A stretch of DNA of 64,000 bases from a virus. Its lineage: Duplodnaviria; Caudoviricetes. Each line of letters opens with the position of its first letter. Positions within the stretch are counted from its first letter, which is position 1. The stretch lies in the IMG/VR virus record IMGVR_UViG_3300020371_000002, one strand, 5' to 3'. A model generated the notes under the pieces. It was not told the origin of the DNA, did no database searches, and worked only from the letters and a program-made list of their open reading frames with translations. This document shows positions 25,238 through 34,522 of the stretch, in pieces. A program made the translations under genes and the position numbers.

Positions 25238-26266
25238 TTATCGGACATCATGTCCACCAAACATGTAACGCATACCATTCAAGATTTTGTTTGCATATCT
25301 TCCTAACTTTCTCGAATTAAATCGTTCAAAGAGAGCAGCAGATATAACAGGAGTGGGCACGCCGAGGTCCACAGCAGCATGAAGAGTCCAACGACCTTCA
25401 CCACTATCGCTGACACCCCCGTCAAACTTGTTGAGATCGTCATTATCGTGGCGTAATACATCAGCGGTAAGGTCAAGTAACCAGCTACCAACAACAGAAC
25501 CACGACGCCAAAGCTCAGCAACCTCAGTAGTATCAATGTCGTACTGATAATCTTCGGGGTGTTCCATGGGAGCGACCTCGGCATCGCCTTCCACCACATA
25601 ACTTCTTCCTGCATTTGCCTCATGAAGTAGGTTAAAACCTTCCGCATAAGCTTGCATGATTCCATATTCAACTCCGTTATGGACCATCTTTACGAAGTGA
25701 CCTGCGCCTGGTGGTCCACAATGTAACCAACCAAATTCTGCACTAGTTGATGTTGTGTATGGATCTGTTCTGGGTGCTGCACCCATGCCAGGTGAAAGAG
25801 CCCTGAAAATGGGGGCACAAACAGATACTGCCACACTTGAACCACCAACCATAAGACAGTATCCACGCTCCAAACCAAACACACCACCGCTAGTACCGCA
25901 GTCAATAAATTGGATACCCAAGTTTTCCAAGAATTTTGCCCTGCGTCTACTGTCTTTAAAATTGGAATTGCCATGATCAATAATAATATCTCCACTGCTA
26001 AGTAATGGTAGTAACTCATTGATTGTCTCCTCTACGTTTTCTGCAGGGACAACCAACTGAAAAATACCATTCTCCAGTCCTCCCTTCTTTACCTCCTGTA
26101 CAAGTAATGGAATGTCAGTGGTAACTCCACTAACATAACCCTTTTCATATGCCTCTTGGGCCTTTTGGTAGTTGCGGCGATAACCCCAAACTTCAATACC
26201 TTCTTTCATCATGCGGCGAGACATGCCCTCGCCCATTCTCCCTAGTCCGATGATACCGACTCTCAT
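25238..26266 (-). CDS. gnd: 6-phosphogluconate dehydrogenase, copy 1
   Basis: GLGRMG, IDHGNS, DCGTSGG, GAGHFVKMVHNGVEYG, SGEGRWT; start re-assigned to MRVGII. Confidence 0.96.
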   Translation of the reverse strand: MRVGIIGLGRMGEGMSRRMMKEGIEVWGYRRNYQKAQEAYEKGYVSGVTTDIPLLVQEVKKGGLENGIFQLVVPAENVEETINELLPLLSSGDIIIDHGNSNFKDSRRRAKFLENLGIQFIDCGTSGGVFGLERGYCLMVGGSSVAVSVCAPIFRALSPGMGAAPRTDPYTTSTSAEFGWLHCGPPGAGHFVKMVHNGVEYGIMQAYAEGFNLLHEANAGRSYVVEGDAEVAPMEHPEDYQYDIDTTEVAELWRRGSVVGSWLLDLTADVLRHDNDDLNKFDGGVSDSGEGRWTLHAAVDLGVPTPVISAALFERFNSRKLGRYANKILNGMRYMFGGHDVR

Positions 26267-26267
26267 T

Positions 26268-27596
26268 TTAAGCTCCTGGATAATCCCATTTTGTAATTGA
26301 CTGATGCCCTTTTGGTCCCCACTCACCTGAGAAGTATGGGGACGGTTTCGTGTCTATTCTACATGCCTCTCCCTGGCATAGAAGATCATCTACAATCCTC
26401 CAAGATTCTAAAACCTCTTCGGAGTGAACAAAGTGTGATTGATCTCCATGGATGGCGTCATATAATAATTTGACATAACCATCACTTGCATTCTCTGTCG
26501 GATACTGATGCGACAGGACTGCCGTTTGTACCTTGTCCTCAAGACCAGGCGATTTAATATCGATGCTAATATTGAGTGAAGGATTTGGTTGAATACGAAT
26601 ATAAATTTTATCTTCGTAATCATGTCCTTGAAATAGATGCAATGGTGGTTGTTTCAATTTAATAACAACCTCAGCACATCTCATAGGCATCTTCTTACCT
26701 GTCAAGAAGTAGAAGGGAACACCCTTCCATCTCCAATTATCTATGTAGATATCGCCAGCACTGTATGTGGCAGTCTGTGACGACTCTTTAACACCTTCTT
26801 CTTCTCTGTACCCAACATACTGACCAGAGGTAAGTTTTTCACCAAGTCTGGCAGCAGCAAGAACTTTAACTTTCTCTCTACGAATTTCTCTTGCACTATT
26901 TCTGCAAGGTGGTTCCATTGCAATCAACGAAAGTATTTGCAGCATATGATTCTGCAACATATCACGGACTGCACCAGCACCTTCATAGTATTGAGATCTA
27001 CCTTCACATCCGATAGTCTCGGTCGCAAAGATCTGCACCTCACTCACATAGTTTCTGTTCCAGAGAGGTTCCAATAATGTATTAGAGAATCTCGTAGCAA
27101 GTATATTATTGACCGTATCTTTGCCAAGATAATGATCAATACGATAGACCTGTTTCTCACGGAGATGTTCAGACACTACCTGCTGAAGATTCTCAGCAGA
27201 TTTCAAGTCATGTCCAAACGGTTTCTCAATAACCACCCTAGACTTATCAATGTCATCTAGACATCCAGCCAACTTCAAATGTTTAATTCCATCTGCATAC
27301 TTTTCTGGTGGTACAGAAAGAAAGTATGTGGTATTGCAATCAAATTTAAGAACACCTAAAGACTCAGGTCTACTGAGATTGACAGGTTTATAGTCCATCA
27401 AGTCTTGAAATGCCTTAGGGTACTCCCCAATCTTCTCAAACCATTCGTATCTCTTGAGAACAGTTCGAGATGCACCAATAATTTTAAAGTTTCTGGGGAG
27501 AAGTTTCCTCAGCCAGAGTTCATACAAAGAAGGTATTAGTTTACGGCGACAGAGATCTCCCGTCGCACCGAAAATTACTATGCAATTATCCATCAA
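26268..27596 (-). CDS. zwf: Glucose-6-phosphate dehydrogenase, copy 1
   Basis: IFGATGDL, IEKPFG.DL, YRIDHYLGK, RDMLQNH, NWRWKGVPFY. Confidence 0.97.
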   Translation of the reverse strand: MMDNCIVIFGATGDLCRRKLIPSLYELWLRKLLPRNFKIIGASRTVLKRYEWFEKIGEYPKAFQDLMDYKPVNLSRPESLGVLKFDCNTTYFLSVPPEKYADGIKHLKLAGCLDDIDKSRVVIEKPFGHDLKSAENLQQVVSEHLREKQVYRIDHYLGKDTVNNILATRFSNTLLEPLWNRNYVSEVQIFATETIGCEGRSQYYEGAGAVRDMLQNHMLQILSLIAMEPPCRNSAREIRREKVKVLAAARLGEKLTSGQYVGYREEEGVKESSQTATYSAGDIYIDNWRWKGVPFYFLTGKKMPMRCAEVVIKLKQPPLHLFQGHDYEDKIYIRIQPNPSLNISIDIKSPGLEDKVQTAVLSHQYPTENASDGYVKLLYDAIHGDQSHFVHSEEVLESWRIVDDLLCQGEACRIDTKPSPYFSGEWGPKGHQSITKWDYPGA

Positions 27597-27877
27597 TTAC
27601 GCCACTGAATACCATCACCACTCAAAGGATCCCATGGAGCCTGTTGAGCAAACATAAGACTCAAAATCGTATAACAGATCAACCATACGATATTGATGAA
27701 CATGTTTTGTTGAAATGCGAACCTTCTAAATCGCATGGCACCAATCTTGGCATTATCTGAGGCAGTCTCAGATCGTAGAACAACTTGTTCAATGACCAGA
27801 GATACAAGAAAGATTCCTGCAAGTGGTAACCACCAAAAATTGGCAAAACTTAGAATGTATAAAAGAATTACTTTCAT
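27593..27877 (-). CDS. Membrane hypothetical protein
   Basis: Two TM segments; ATGA-coupled to zwf. Confidence 0.6.
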   Translation of the reverse strand: MKVILLYILSFANFWWLPLAGIFLVSLVIEQVVLRSETASDNAKIGAMRFRRFAFQQNMFINIVWLICYTILSLMFAQQAPWDPLSGDGIQWRN

Positions 27878-28110
27878 CCTTTGACTTCTCTTTGGAAATA
27901 TTCGGGGAGTGGACACCCCTTAAATCTATTAATCTCGTCCACTGCTAATACAAACATAGTACAAAAACCAAGGCAAAATGCAAATAACATTTGAGGAAAG
28001 TTATAGTTCCCCATATATGCTGTGGGATCAGGTTCGTCATCATGCGGATGCATGTGTCTTGCGATCCTTTCTGTTTCTTTTTTTCTCTCTTCCTCGGTTT
28101 TCTTTGACAT
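27874..28110 (-). CDS. Membrane hypothetical protein, paralog of 63150-63392
   Basis: HPHDDEPDPTAYMGNYNFPQMLFAFCLGF identical in both copies. Confidence 0.7.
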   Translation of the reverse strand: MSKKTEEERKKETERIARHMHPHDDEPDPTAYMGNYNFPQMLFAFCLGFCTMFVLAVDEINRFKGCPLPEYFQREVKG

Positions 28111-28111
28111 G

Positions 28112-28195
28112 TTAACCTCGGTATCTACCTGGCCATGTTAACTGCATTCCAGAAACTAACAATAGAATAAATGCAAATGCAAACAATACACTCAT
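28112..28195 (-). CDS. 27 aa single-TM microprotein
   Basis: MSVLFAFAFILLLVSGMQLTWPGRYRG; ATGA-coupled to PTOX. Confidence 0.55.
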   Translation of the reverse strand: MSVLFAFAFILLLVSGMQLTWPGRYRG

Positions 28196-28695
28196 TTGAT
28201 CATCTCAATTGCTTTATGTAGTTCTCTTGAATGCTCTAGTTCATCATTTAAGATCTCAAGGATCTTATCATCATGACCATTCAAAGCAAGATACTTAGCA
28301 TAAGTCTCTGCTGCATGGATCTCTACTTCGTAGGAGAGATGGTAAGCAGCGCGAGGAGCCACCCAATAATAAACCACATTGACCCAATAGTAGATAAGTA
28401 CAAGGTGTCGGGCGAAAAAGCGATCAATCCAATAAGAATTGCCACCCCGACTTTCCATATACTCCAGATGTTCTGTTTCGTTAAGAGTCTGAGCAAAATG
28501 TTCCTCCATCAAATAGATGTGTTCTGGACCTCGTAAACCCATAGATTCTCTCAAGTGCAACACACTTAAGAATGCAAAGTATGGTGCCCGAGCAATCTCC
28601 TCTAGTACCCAAAAACGTTGATAATCCCTCCCTCTGTATAAGAAATCAATGATTGCGACTGTGATGTTTAATGTGATCTCGTTGAAGCGTTGCAT
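28192..28695 (-). CDS. ptox: Plastoquinol terminal oxidase
   Basis: RFWVLEEIARAPYF, NETEHL, EVEIHAAETY, NDELEH di-iron motifs. Confidence 0.93.
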   Translation of the reverse strand: MQRFNEITLNITVAIIDFLYRGRDYQRFWVLEEIARAPYFAFLSVLHLRESMGLRGPEHIYLMEEHFAQTLNETEHLEYMESRGGNSYWIDRFFARHLVLIYYWVNVVYYWVAPRAAYHLSYEVEIHAAETYAKYLALNGHDDKILEILNDELEHSRELHKAIEMIK

Positions 28696-28754
28696 AAGCA
28701 GGGCCTCTTAGGAATAATCCTATTATATCTAGGTATTTTCACTAGTGTGAATTG

Positions 28755-30311
28755 TTAGTAAATCAACTCATTTCCTAGGACTAAGGCATCAATATCCATA
28801 GACATATAAGCCCTTACAGCATCTTCAGGAGTCTCCACAATTGGCATACCATTATCATTAAATGAAGTGTTTAATAGTACAGGCACTCCACATAGATTCC
28901 ACATCTCCTGTAACAACTGAGCGAGAGGTCCATCACTAACTGTCTGCAGTCTACATGTGCCATCCTCATGCGTAATCGCAGGGATCATACGTCGTCTGTC
29001 ATGTCTAACAAACTGAGAGAATAACATATATGGGTTATCCACACCCTCTTCAACAAAGTCATCCAGATGATCCCGCAAAATGACACCAGCAAAAGGTCTC
29101 CATGGTTCCCTGTGTTTAACTCGTTCGTTTAAAATCTTTTTATTCTTTGCAGCACAAGGACTCATAAGAATAGATCTAGATCCCAATGCTCTAGGACCAA
29201 ACTCCGACCTACCTTGGAACCAGGCAACAATCTTCCCCTGATTCAATAACTCTGCAACTTCTTTGATAGTATCTTCAGCAACAGGTTCCGTATATTCTTT
29301 ACCAAGGAAGGCAAGATTATCTGGGACAGTTACATCATCACATCCCCATGCTGCAGCACCATAACTCAATCCACAATCTCCAGGGAAAGGAGTAAATGTA
29401 AATGTATGATTGGGGAATTCTTTTTTGATGCGTGTGTTCAAACAGATATTGAGAAAGATACCTCCACTAAGGCACACATGTTTAGTCAAGTATCCTTTTG
29501 TTTCCAATGCACTCAGGTAGTCCACCACAGAGTTTTCAAAGTTATACTGCAACCATGCAGCTCTATCTTGTGGGTTAAAGTAACGATACCTTCCTATAGG
29601 TGGTGTCTTAAATTCTAATCGAGGAAATCCTCTGGTACAAATCTCATAGTCATCAGAAAGATCATGTACCATTCCATATGCGGCAAGTCCCATTACTTTG
29701 CCTGCCCAGGACTCACAATGTTTATGATCTATAGGAGAAAGATCCTTCTTAGTTTTATCACAATAAATTCGATGAGCCCAACTTTGATAATACAATCCAA
29801 ACTTACCACCAATATCAAACTGGCGATACATTCTTTCCTTCTTATTAAAGTATCCGAAAGTTACTGTCTCGGTATAGAGTTGTTGACCACCAATAACACC
29901 ATAACTTCCTCCGCCATCAATAATTAAAAAAGATCCATCGTTCACATCAGTAGAGTACATTGCAGAGTATGCATGTGCCTGATGATGTGAGATGAATTTT
30001 ATATCGGACTTAGGAAAACTATGTTTAACTGTGTTCATTGAACCATCAAGGTCCATGAAGTATCGTTTGTTGCCTGGTTCTGGTACAACTACAACATCAA
30101 TATCATCTGATGTCAGGCCTGCTGCAGACAAACAATACTCAATAGATTTGTATGGAAAATTTCCATCATACTTATATCCAGTTAAGCGTTCTTCTTGGAT
30201 ACTGCATACATGATTGCCGTTACAGAAAAGAGTGACTCCTGAGTCATGAACCCAGTCTTCATCACAATGACTGTCCCAACCTAATGCTCCGTATAATCCA
30301 ATTACATTCAT
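28755..30311 (-). CDS. O-carbamoyltransferase (NodU/CmcH family)
   Basis: IQEERL, SHHQAHA, IDGGG, GKVMGLAAYG, GRSEFGPRALGSRSIL, KHREPWRPFA, LLNTSFN. Confidence 0.92.
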   Translation of the reverse strand: MNVIGLYGALGWDSHCDEDWVHDSGVTLFCNGNHVCSIQEERLTGYKYDGNFPYKSIEYCLSAAGLTSDDIDVVVVPEPGNKRYFMDLDGSMNTVKHSFPKSDIKFISHHQAHAYSAMYSTDVNDGSFLIIDGGGSYGVIGGQQLYTETVTFGYFNKKERMYRQFDIGGKFGLYYQSWAHRIYCDKTKKDLSPIDHKHCESWAGKVMGLAAYGMVHDLSDDYEICTRGFPRLEFKTPPIGRYRYFNPQDRAAWLQYNFENSVVDYLSALETKGYLTKHVCLSGGIFLNICLNTRIKKEFPNHTFTFTPFPGDCGLSYGAAAWGCDDVTVPDNLAFLGKEYTEPVAEDTIKEVAELLNQGKIVAWFQGRSEFGPRALGSRSILMSPCAAKNKKILNERVKHREPWRPFAGVILRDHLDDFVEEGVDNPYMLFSQFVRHDRRRMIPAITHEDGTCRLQTVSDGPLAQLLQEMWNLCGVPVLLNTSFNDNGMPIVETPEDAVRAYMSMDIDALVLGNELIY

Positions 30312-30509
30312 TCAATAATCATCCTCAGAAATATATCCCTCACAAGTATCTGCATTCTTTTTACAGAACTGACGAACATGTGAATGGACATCCATATCCA
30401 TTTTGTGATGGGCATGAATATGTATAAGTTCAATCACACCAAGGGATCCGAAAAGACACAAGTTCAATACCGTCAATGGATGACAAATTACACCAAGAAT
30501 TTTGGGCAT
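30312..30509 (-). CDS. Membrane-anchored hypothetical protein
   Basis: TM helix followed by a His-rich segment. Confidence 0.6.
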   Translation of the reverse strand: MPKILGVICHPLTVLNLCLFGSLGVIELIHIHAHHKMDMDVHSHVRQFCKKNADTCEGYISEDDY

Positions 30510-30510
30510 G

Positions 30511-30535
30511 AAAAAAGGGGTGCCGTCGCACCCCC
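30511..30535 (-). terminator. Intrinsic terminator after the porin-like gene
   Basis: GGGGTGC-GACG-GCACCCC-T6. Confidence 0.85.
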
Positions 30536-30572
30536 ATCATAACACCTAGATGTTTATGTGTCTATTATTAAA

Positions 30573-30950
30573 TCAGAAATTATACTTAACGCCCAACTTA
30601 CCACCAAGGGCAAGATCGTCCATGAACTCGTCTTCAGCAGTCAGGAAAGAAAGCTCACCGTAGACTCCAACTGCCTCAGAGACAGGGATTCCAAGACCAG
30701 CCTTACCAGAGAAGCGACCACTGTTTTCTGCACCGTCAGCAGCGACGATAGCAGGGCCACCCTGAACATACCAAGAAGTCGCACCGAGTTCTCCCTCGTA
30801 GCCAACGTGGAAATCTGTAGTTGCGCCTGTATAATTATCCCCAGTCCAGGATGCATTGGCTTCTACGTTGACGTAAGGGCCAGCAAGGGCAGCAGACGGG
30901 GCAGCTACAGCAGCAGCTGCGGCGAGAGTTGCGATTGCAGTTTTGAACAT
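30573..30950 (-). CDS. Small outer-membrane beta-barrel/porin-like protein (picocyanobacterial type)
   Basis: Ala-rich signal peptide, AGPYVNVEAN, amphipathic strands, terminal KYNF. Confidence 0.75.
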   Translation of the reverse strand: MFKTAIATLAAAAAVAAPSAALAGPYVNVEANASWTGDNYTGATTDFHVGYEGELGATSWYVQGGPAIVAADGAENSGRFSGKAGLGIPVSEAVGVYGELSFLTAEDEFMDDLALGGKLGVKYNF

Positions 30951-31055
30951 TTGAAAATACCTCTTTTTTTACTTGTGGAGTTTTATACCCACAGATGATA
31001 GCGACTCGACATGTCGCGTTTGTTGTAAACTGTTACATGTAGTAACAGTTCAGAA

Positions 31056-31063
31056 TATTTATA
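31056..31063 (-). promoter_or_regulatory. T4 late promoter
   Basis: TATAAATA. Confidence 0.7.
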
Positions 31064-31085
31064 CTACCTTAATCTTGGTCTTTTG

Positions 31086-31955
31086 TCAACCCACAGCTGG
31101 AGAAGAGAGTTCTTCGACACCTGCCCTTTGTTGACTAGACTGTTGATTAGGGTTATCCCTACCAGCAACTCGACCCAGATAAGGATCAAACTCACTAATC
31201 ATATCGATTGTGATGTCAGATCCCCGAGTCTCCCAAAGATTACGAAGTCCATTATGGCTTCCTCTGTGGAAGATTTCGATATGTTCTGGATGAATTGACG
31301 ATCCCAATTCTATCTTGTACAAGAAAATGGGGCAAGCGTATGAGGCACCTGAGTTATAGATGAGATCATCCGCAACTGGTCGGGGTTTGACACCGTTGTC
31401 AAGTTTGTACTGGTCTCCTCGGCAGTGCAAGTCAATCAGTTTCTTGGCGTGGTGACGGGTAATAACATAACATGCCGTGGAGAAATCGTTAATAAATCTG
31501 CGATGAATGTTTACATGCAGTTCTCCTGGGCAAATAATGGCGACCTGAACTGTGTCCCAATCATAAGGAACTCTAGAGATGAACTGTCTCCAAGTAAAGG
31601 TCCAGTATTTGGCAATACTAATATCACAATCATCTTCCATGATGATTGCATATGGTTCATCAGTTTCATAATAAAACTGTTTAATGGCTTTGAGGTGACT
31701 GGTAACGCATCCAATCTCTCCTGCTGACATATCGGCAGGGTAACGTCCCTTCACGATCTCACTCAAATCTTCACCAGTTTCGGGTCTACCATCATAAGCA
31801 GAGACGCGAGTATAGTTTTCAACTTGCCAATAATCAAGTTGTTCCTGCATCCATTGCCAACGTTCTGGTTGACCATCAAGGTTGATCACATAGACAGGAC
31901 CAAAACCTTTTAGTTTATATGCTGATTTGTTTTTATCCATTAGATTGTAATCCAT
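31086..31955 (-). CDS. Glycosyltransferase family 25-like
   Basis: YVINLD..PER, RVSAYDG, EIGCVTSHL, IMEDD, STACYVIT...A. Confidence 0.85.
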   Translation of the reverse strand: MDYNLMDKNKSAYKLKGFGPVYVINLDGQPERWQWMQEQLDYWQVENYTRVSAYDGRPETGEDLSEIVKGRYPADMSAGEIGCVTSHLKAIKQFYYETDEPYAIIMEDDCDISIAKYWTFTWRQFISRVPYDWDTVQVAIICPGELHVNIHRRFINDFSTACYVITRHHAKKLIDLHCRGDQYKLDNGVKPRPVADDLIYNSGASYACPIFLYKIELGSSIHPEHIEIFHRGSHNGLRNLWETRGSDITIDMISEFDPYLGRVAGRDNPNQQSSQQRAGVEELSSPAVG

Positions 31956-32797
31956 CCTTCACAATATAAGTCTTTGGTGTCCTTGTCCTTATAATCAGGA
32001 CCAAACCACATCTTAGGAGCGACGACTTTACCGCGTCCTCTCTGCAACCAGGCACCCCACCAAGAGAGGGAAGAGTTAGCAATGATAGCACCGCTGCACA
32101 TACTCATGATACAGAGGTCTACAAAGGGTTCCCATGAACCATCAGAATACTTATCTGTTGGTTCTGATACAAGGAACCTATCATCAGCAAAGAACTCTTG
32201 TTCCTTAACCCACTCAGGGGAGTCTGAACAGATGATTACTGGTTGATCCTCAGGAAACTCCTTCAGAGCTTCCTCGTAATAGGCCAACGGTTGTGGTGGA
32301 TGTTGCGACGAGCATTGCGTGTACGACCACTTAAATCCCCTAGCATCGACGAGGTTAGGATCACCGCGACGAACGTGAAGAAAGATAGGTGGCGAATCCA
32401 TCGAATCCATAAGCTCCTTGACAGGAGCACTGATGGAATCATGGAACGTAAAGTCTCTAGCAATCTCGTCTTTGATGTTTGCAAAATACTTTTCGGTCTG
32501 GAAGAAACCAAACAGACTTACATCGTTGGGACACATTCTATGTAGTTCTTCATCGAAATGGAAATGTTTTTCCATTACTACAGGGGCATGGCCACGATCC
32601 AGAACGAATTGATTTCTTTGTCCTACTGATTCTAACGTGAAGGCACGATACAAACTGTAGTTATCAACACGTTTAACATCATCAGGTGGAATACAAAACT
32701 CATACCCACGCATTGCAGCGATACCTCTAACCGCTGCATATTGGAACATCTGGTTACCGAGTCGGCCCAAGTTCCCGATTTGATTAAAGGCTAGCAT
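31940..32797 (-). CDS. Alpha-1,2-fucosyltransferase family (GT11), paralog 1
   Basis: GRLGNQMFQYA, FLHVRRGD, DLCIMS.C...IIANSSLSWWGAWL. Confidence 0.92.
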   Translation of the reverse strand: MLAFNQIGNLGRLGNQMFQYAAVRGIAAMRGYEFCIPPDDVKRVDNYSLYRAFTLESVGQRNQFVLDRGHAPVVMEKHFHFDEELHRMCPNDVSLFGFFQTEKYFANIKDEIARDFTFHDSISAPVKELMDSMDSPPIFLHVRRGDPNLVDARGFKWSYTQCSSQHPPQPLAYYEEALKEFPEDQPVIICSDSPEWVKEQEFFADDRFLVSEPTDKYSDGSWEPFVDLCIMSMCSGAIIANSSLSWWGAWLQRGRGKVVAPKMWFGPDYKDKDTKDLYCEGWITI

Positions 32798-33620
32798 TTA
32801 ACTGTTCTCCCCTGACTTTAAGATAATGCAAATTCGAATAATAACCAGCGAGTGTATCACGGTCTTGATTTCTAATCCACTGCCAAAGTTTATCATTATC
32901 TTGGAACTTTGGATTGTGGTAATGAGAGTTAAATGTTCTACCATGTTCGAAGTGGTAGATATCATCAACAACCCTTCCAACTTTAAAGCCAAAAAGATTC
33001 AATCGATAATAAAACTCACAGTCTTCAGCACCCCAAGATAGGAACTCTTCGTTCCACATTCCCATGGATACTTCTACAGCCTTTTGAATCATTTGTCCCC
33101 ACCCAATAGAGGATGGGATGCGTTGTTTACTATCTTTGAGAACTCCTAGATCAAAATCATTTCCATCGTGAGATGAAAGAAATTTATCTAAGAGTTCATC
33201 AGAATATGTAACAGCCCATTGATAGATACCACATCCAAAAGGATACACAGCATGTGATCCTTCTTTAACAATAGAGTGGTGTGCAAGTTCGTAACTATTC
33301 TTAGGCAAAACAACATCCACATCATGATTATAGATGATAGGAGTCTCTGCTGCACAACAAAGATCATTCAAGATCCTAGTCTTGTGGAATAGTTTTTCAT
33401 CACTCTCCTCAAAGATATGAATCAGATTGTCAGTGTCACCGACATACTTTTCAATTCTAGGGAAAGCATATTCTTTGAAGACGGATTTAGTATCCTCTTC
33501 TTGAATCATTACTTTCGATTCAGGAAAGTTCTTCAGTAGATATGATACAGAAGTAATGACATTGCGAAGTCTATCTTCAGTTTCAATTCTACATGGCAGT
33601 AGAAATGTTACGTCTTTCAT
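32784..33620 (-). CDS. Galactosyltransferase-like (GT7/GT2)
   Basis: FHKTRILN, HDVD, WNEEFLSWGAEDCEFYYRL, YHFEH. Confidence 0.8.
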   Translation of the reverse strand: MKDVTFLLPCRIETEDRLRNVITSVSYLLKNFPESKVMIQEEDTKSVFKEYAFPRIEKYVGDTDNLIHIFEESDEKLFHKTRILNDLCCAAETPIIYNHDVDVVLPKNSYELAHHSIVKEGSHAVYPFGCGIYQWAVTYSDELLDKFLSSHDGNDFDLGVLKDSKQRIPSSIGWGQMIQKAVEVSMGMWNEEFLSWGAEDCEFYYRLNLFGFKVGRVVDDIYHFEHGRTFNSHYHNPKFQDNDKLWQWIRNQDRDTLAGYYSNLHYLKVRGEQLNASL

Positions 33621-34522
33621 TGTTCAGGTGTTACAGGCGATGGGTCATTGTGCAGTTTCACCCATCTAGAAGGAATCATATCCTTCATATCATAATGAGC
33701 GTAGGCAGGACCAAACCAAGGATCGGGTGCAATGATAGGATTTTTTGGATCACGAATGAGCCATGCACCCCACCAAGACAGCGAACTATTAGCAATTATA
33801 CCACCACTACAGAGAGACATCAAACATAAGTCGATGTAAGGTACAGACGCGCCATCTCCAAATACTTCATAAGAAGAATCGGAGAAGTGGAAGTTATCGC
33901 CTTGAAGCCAATCTTGTTTTTTGCACCAGTCGATCAAGTCAGAAACCACAATCACATTTAGATCCGCAAGTGGGAAATGCGTCAAGGCTTCTTTGTAGTA
34001 TTCAGCCTTACACAGAGGATGATACTCTTGTACCATCTGGTAAGACCACTTTTCACCACGGCGACCTGTCAAACCAGGGCTTCCACGGCGAACATGGAGG
34101 AAGATGCACTTATCACGTCCTCCAAGACTATCAATAAACTCTTTACAGGGTTCAAGATAGCAGTTACGAAAAGTGAAATCATCTCTAATACTATCAGAGA
34201 TGGCTTCAAAGTATTTTTCTGTTTGAAAATTACCTGAGAAGTTCGTATTATCCTCACATTCATTGAAGATCTTCTCATTGAAATGCATGTCACGATACTC
34301 AACTCTATTGGGAAGAAACTTCTCACTAGTGTTCTGACCGATCTTACAATTCGTTAGGTTAAATGCCTCAAACAAACCATAGTTATCAAGTCTGTCAGCA
34401 TCAGGCCCAGGAATGTACCAATCAAACTTGCGGTTATGTGCAAGTCCTCTTAAGAAAGCATACTGGAACATTTGGTTACCGAGTCTACCCTCGTTACCAA
34501 GTCCTTGAAATGAAATAGCCAT
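33617..34522 (-). CDS. GT11 fucosyltransferase-like, paralog 2
   Basis: GRLGNQMFQYA, FLHVRRG, IANSSLSWWGAWL. Confidence 0.9.
   Translation of the reverse strand: MAISFQGLGNEGRLGNQMFQYAFLRGLAHNRKFDWYIPGPDADRLDNYGLFEAFNLTNCKIGQNTSEKFLPNRVEYRDMHFNEKIFNECEDNTNFSGNFQTEKYFEAISDSIRDDFTFRNCYLEPCKEFIDSLGGRDKCIFLHVRRGSPGLTGRRGEKWSYQMVQEYHPLCKAEYYKEALTHFPLADLNVIVVSDLIDWCKKQDWLQGDNFHFSDSSYEVFGDGASVPYIDLCLMSLCSGGIIANSSLSWWGAWLIRDPKNPIIAPDPWFGPAYAHYDMKDMIPSRWVKLHNDPSPVTPEQ

Noticed and set aside
25238-27596. Host-DNA contamination as the source of glgP/zwf/gnd
   Set aside because: Gene packing, interleaved phage-type microproteins and AT-rich composition match the surrounding phage DNA; chimerism cannot be fully excluded without reads.
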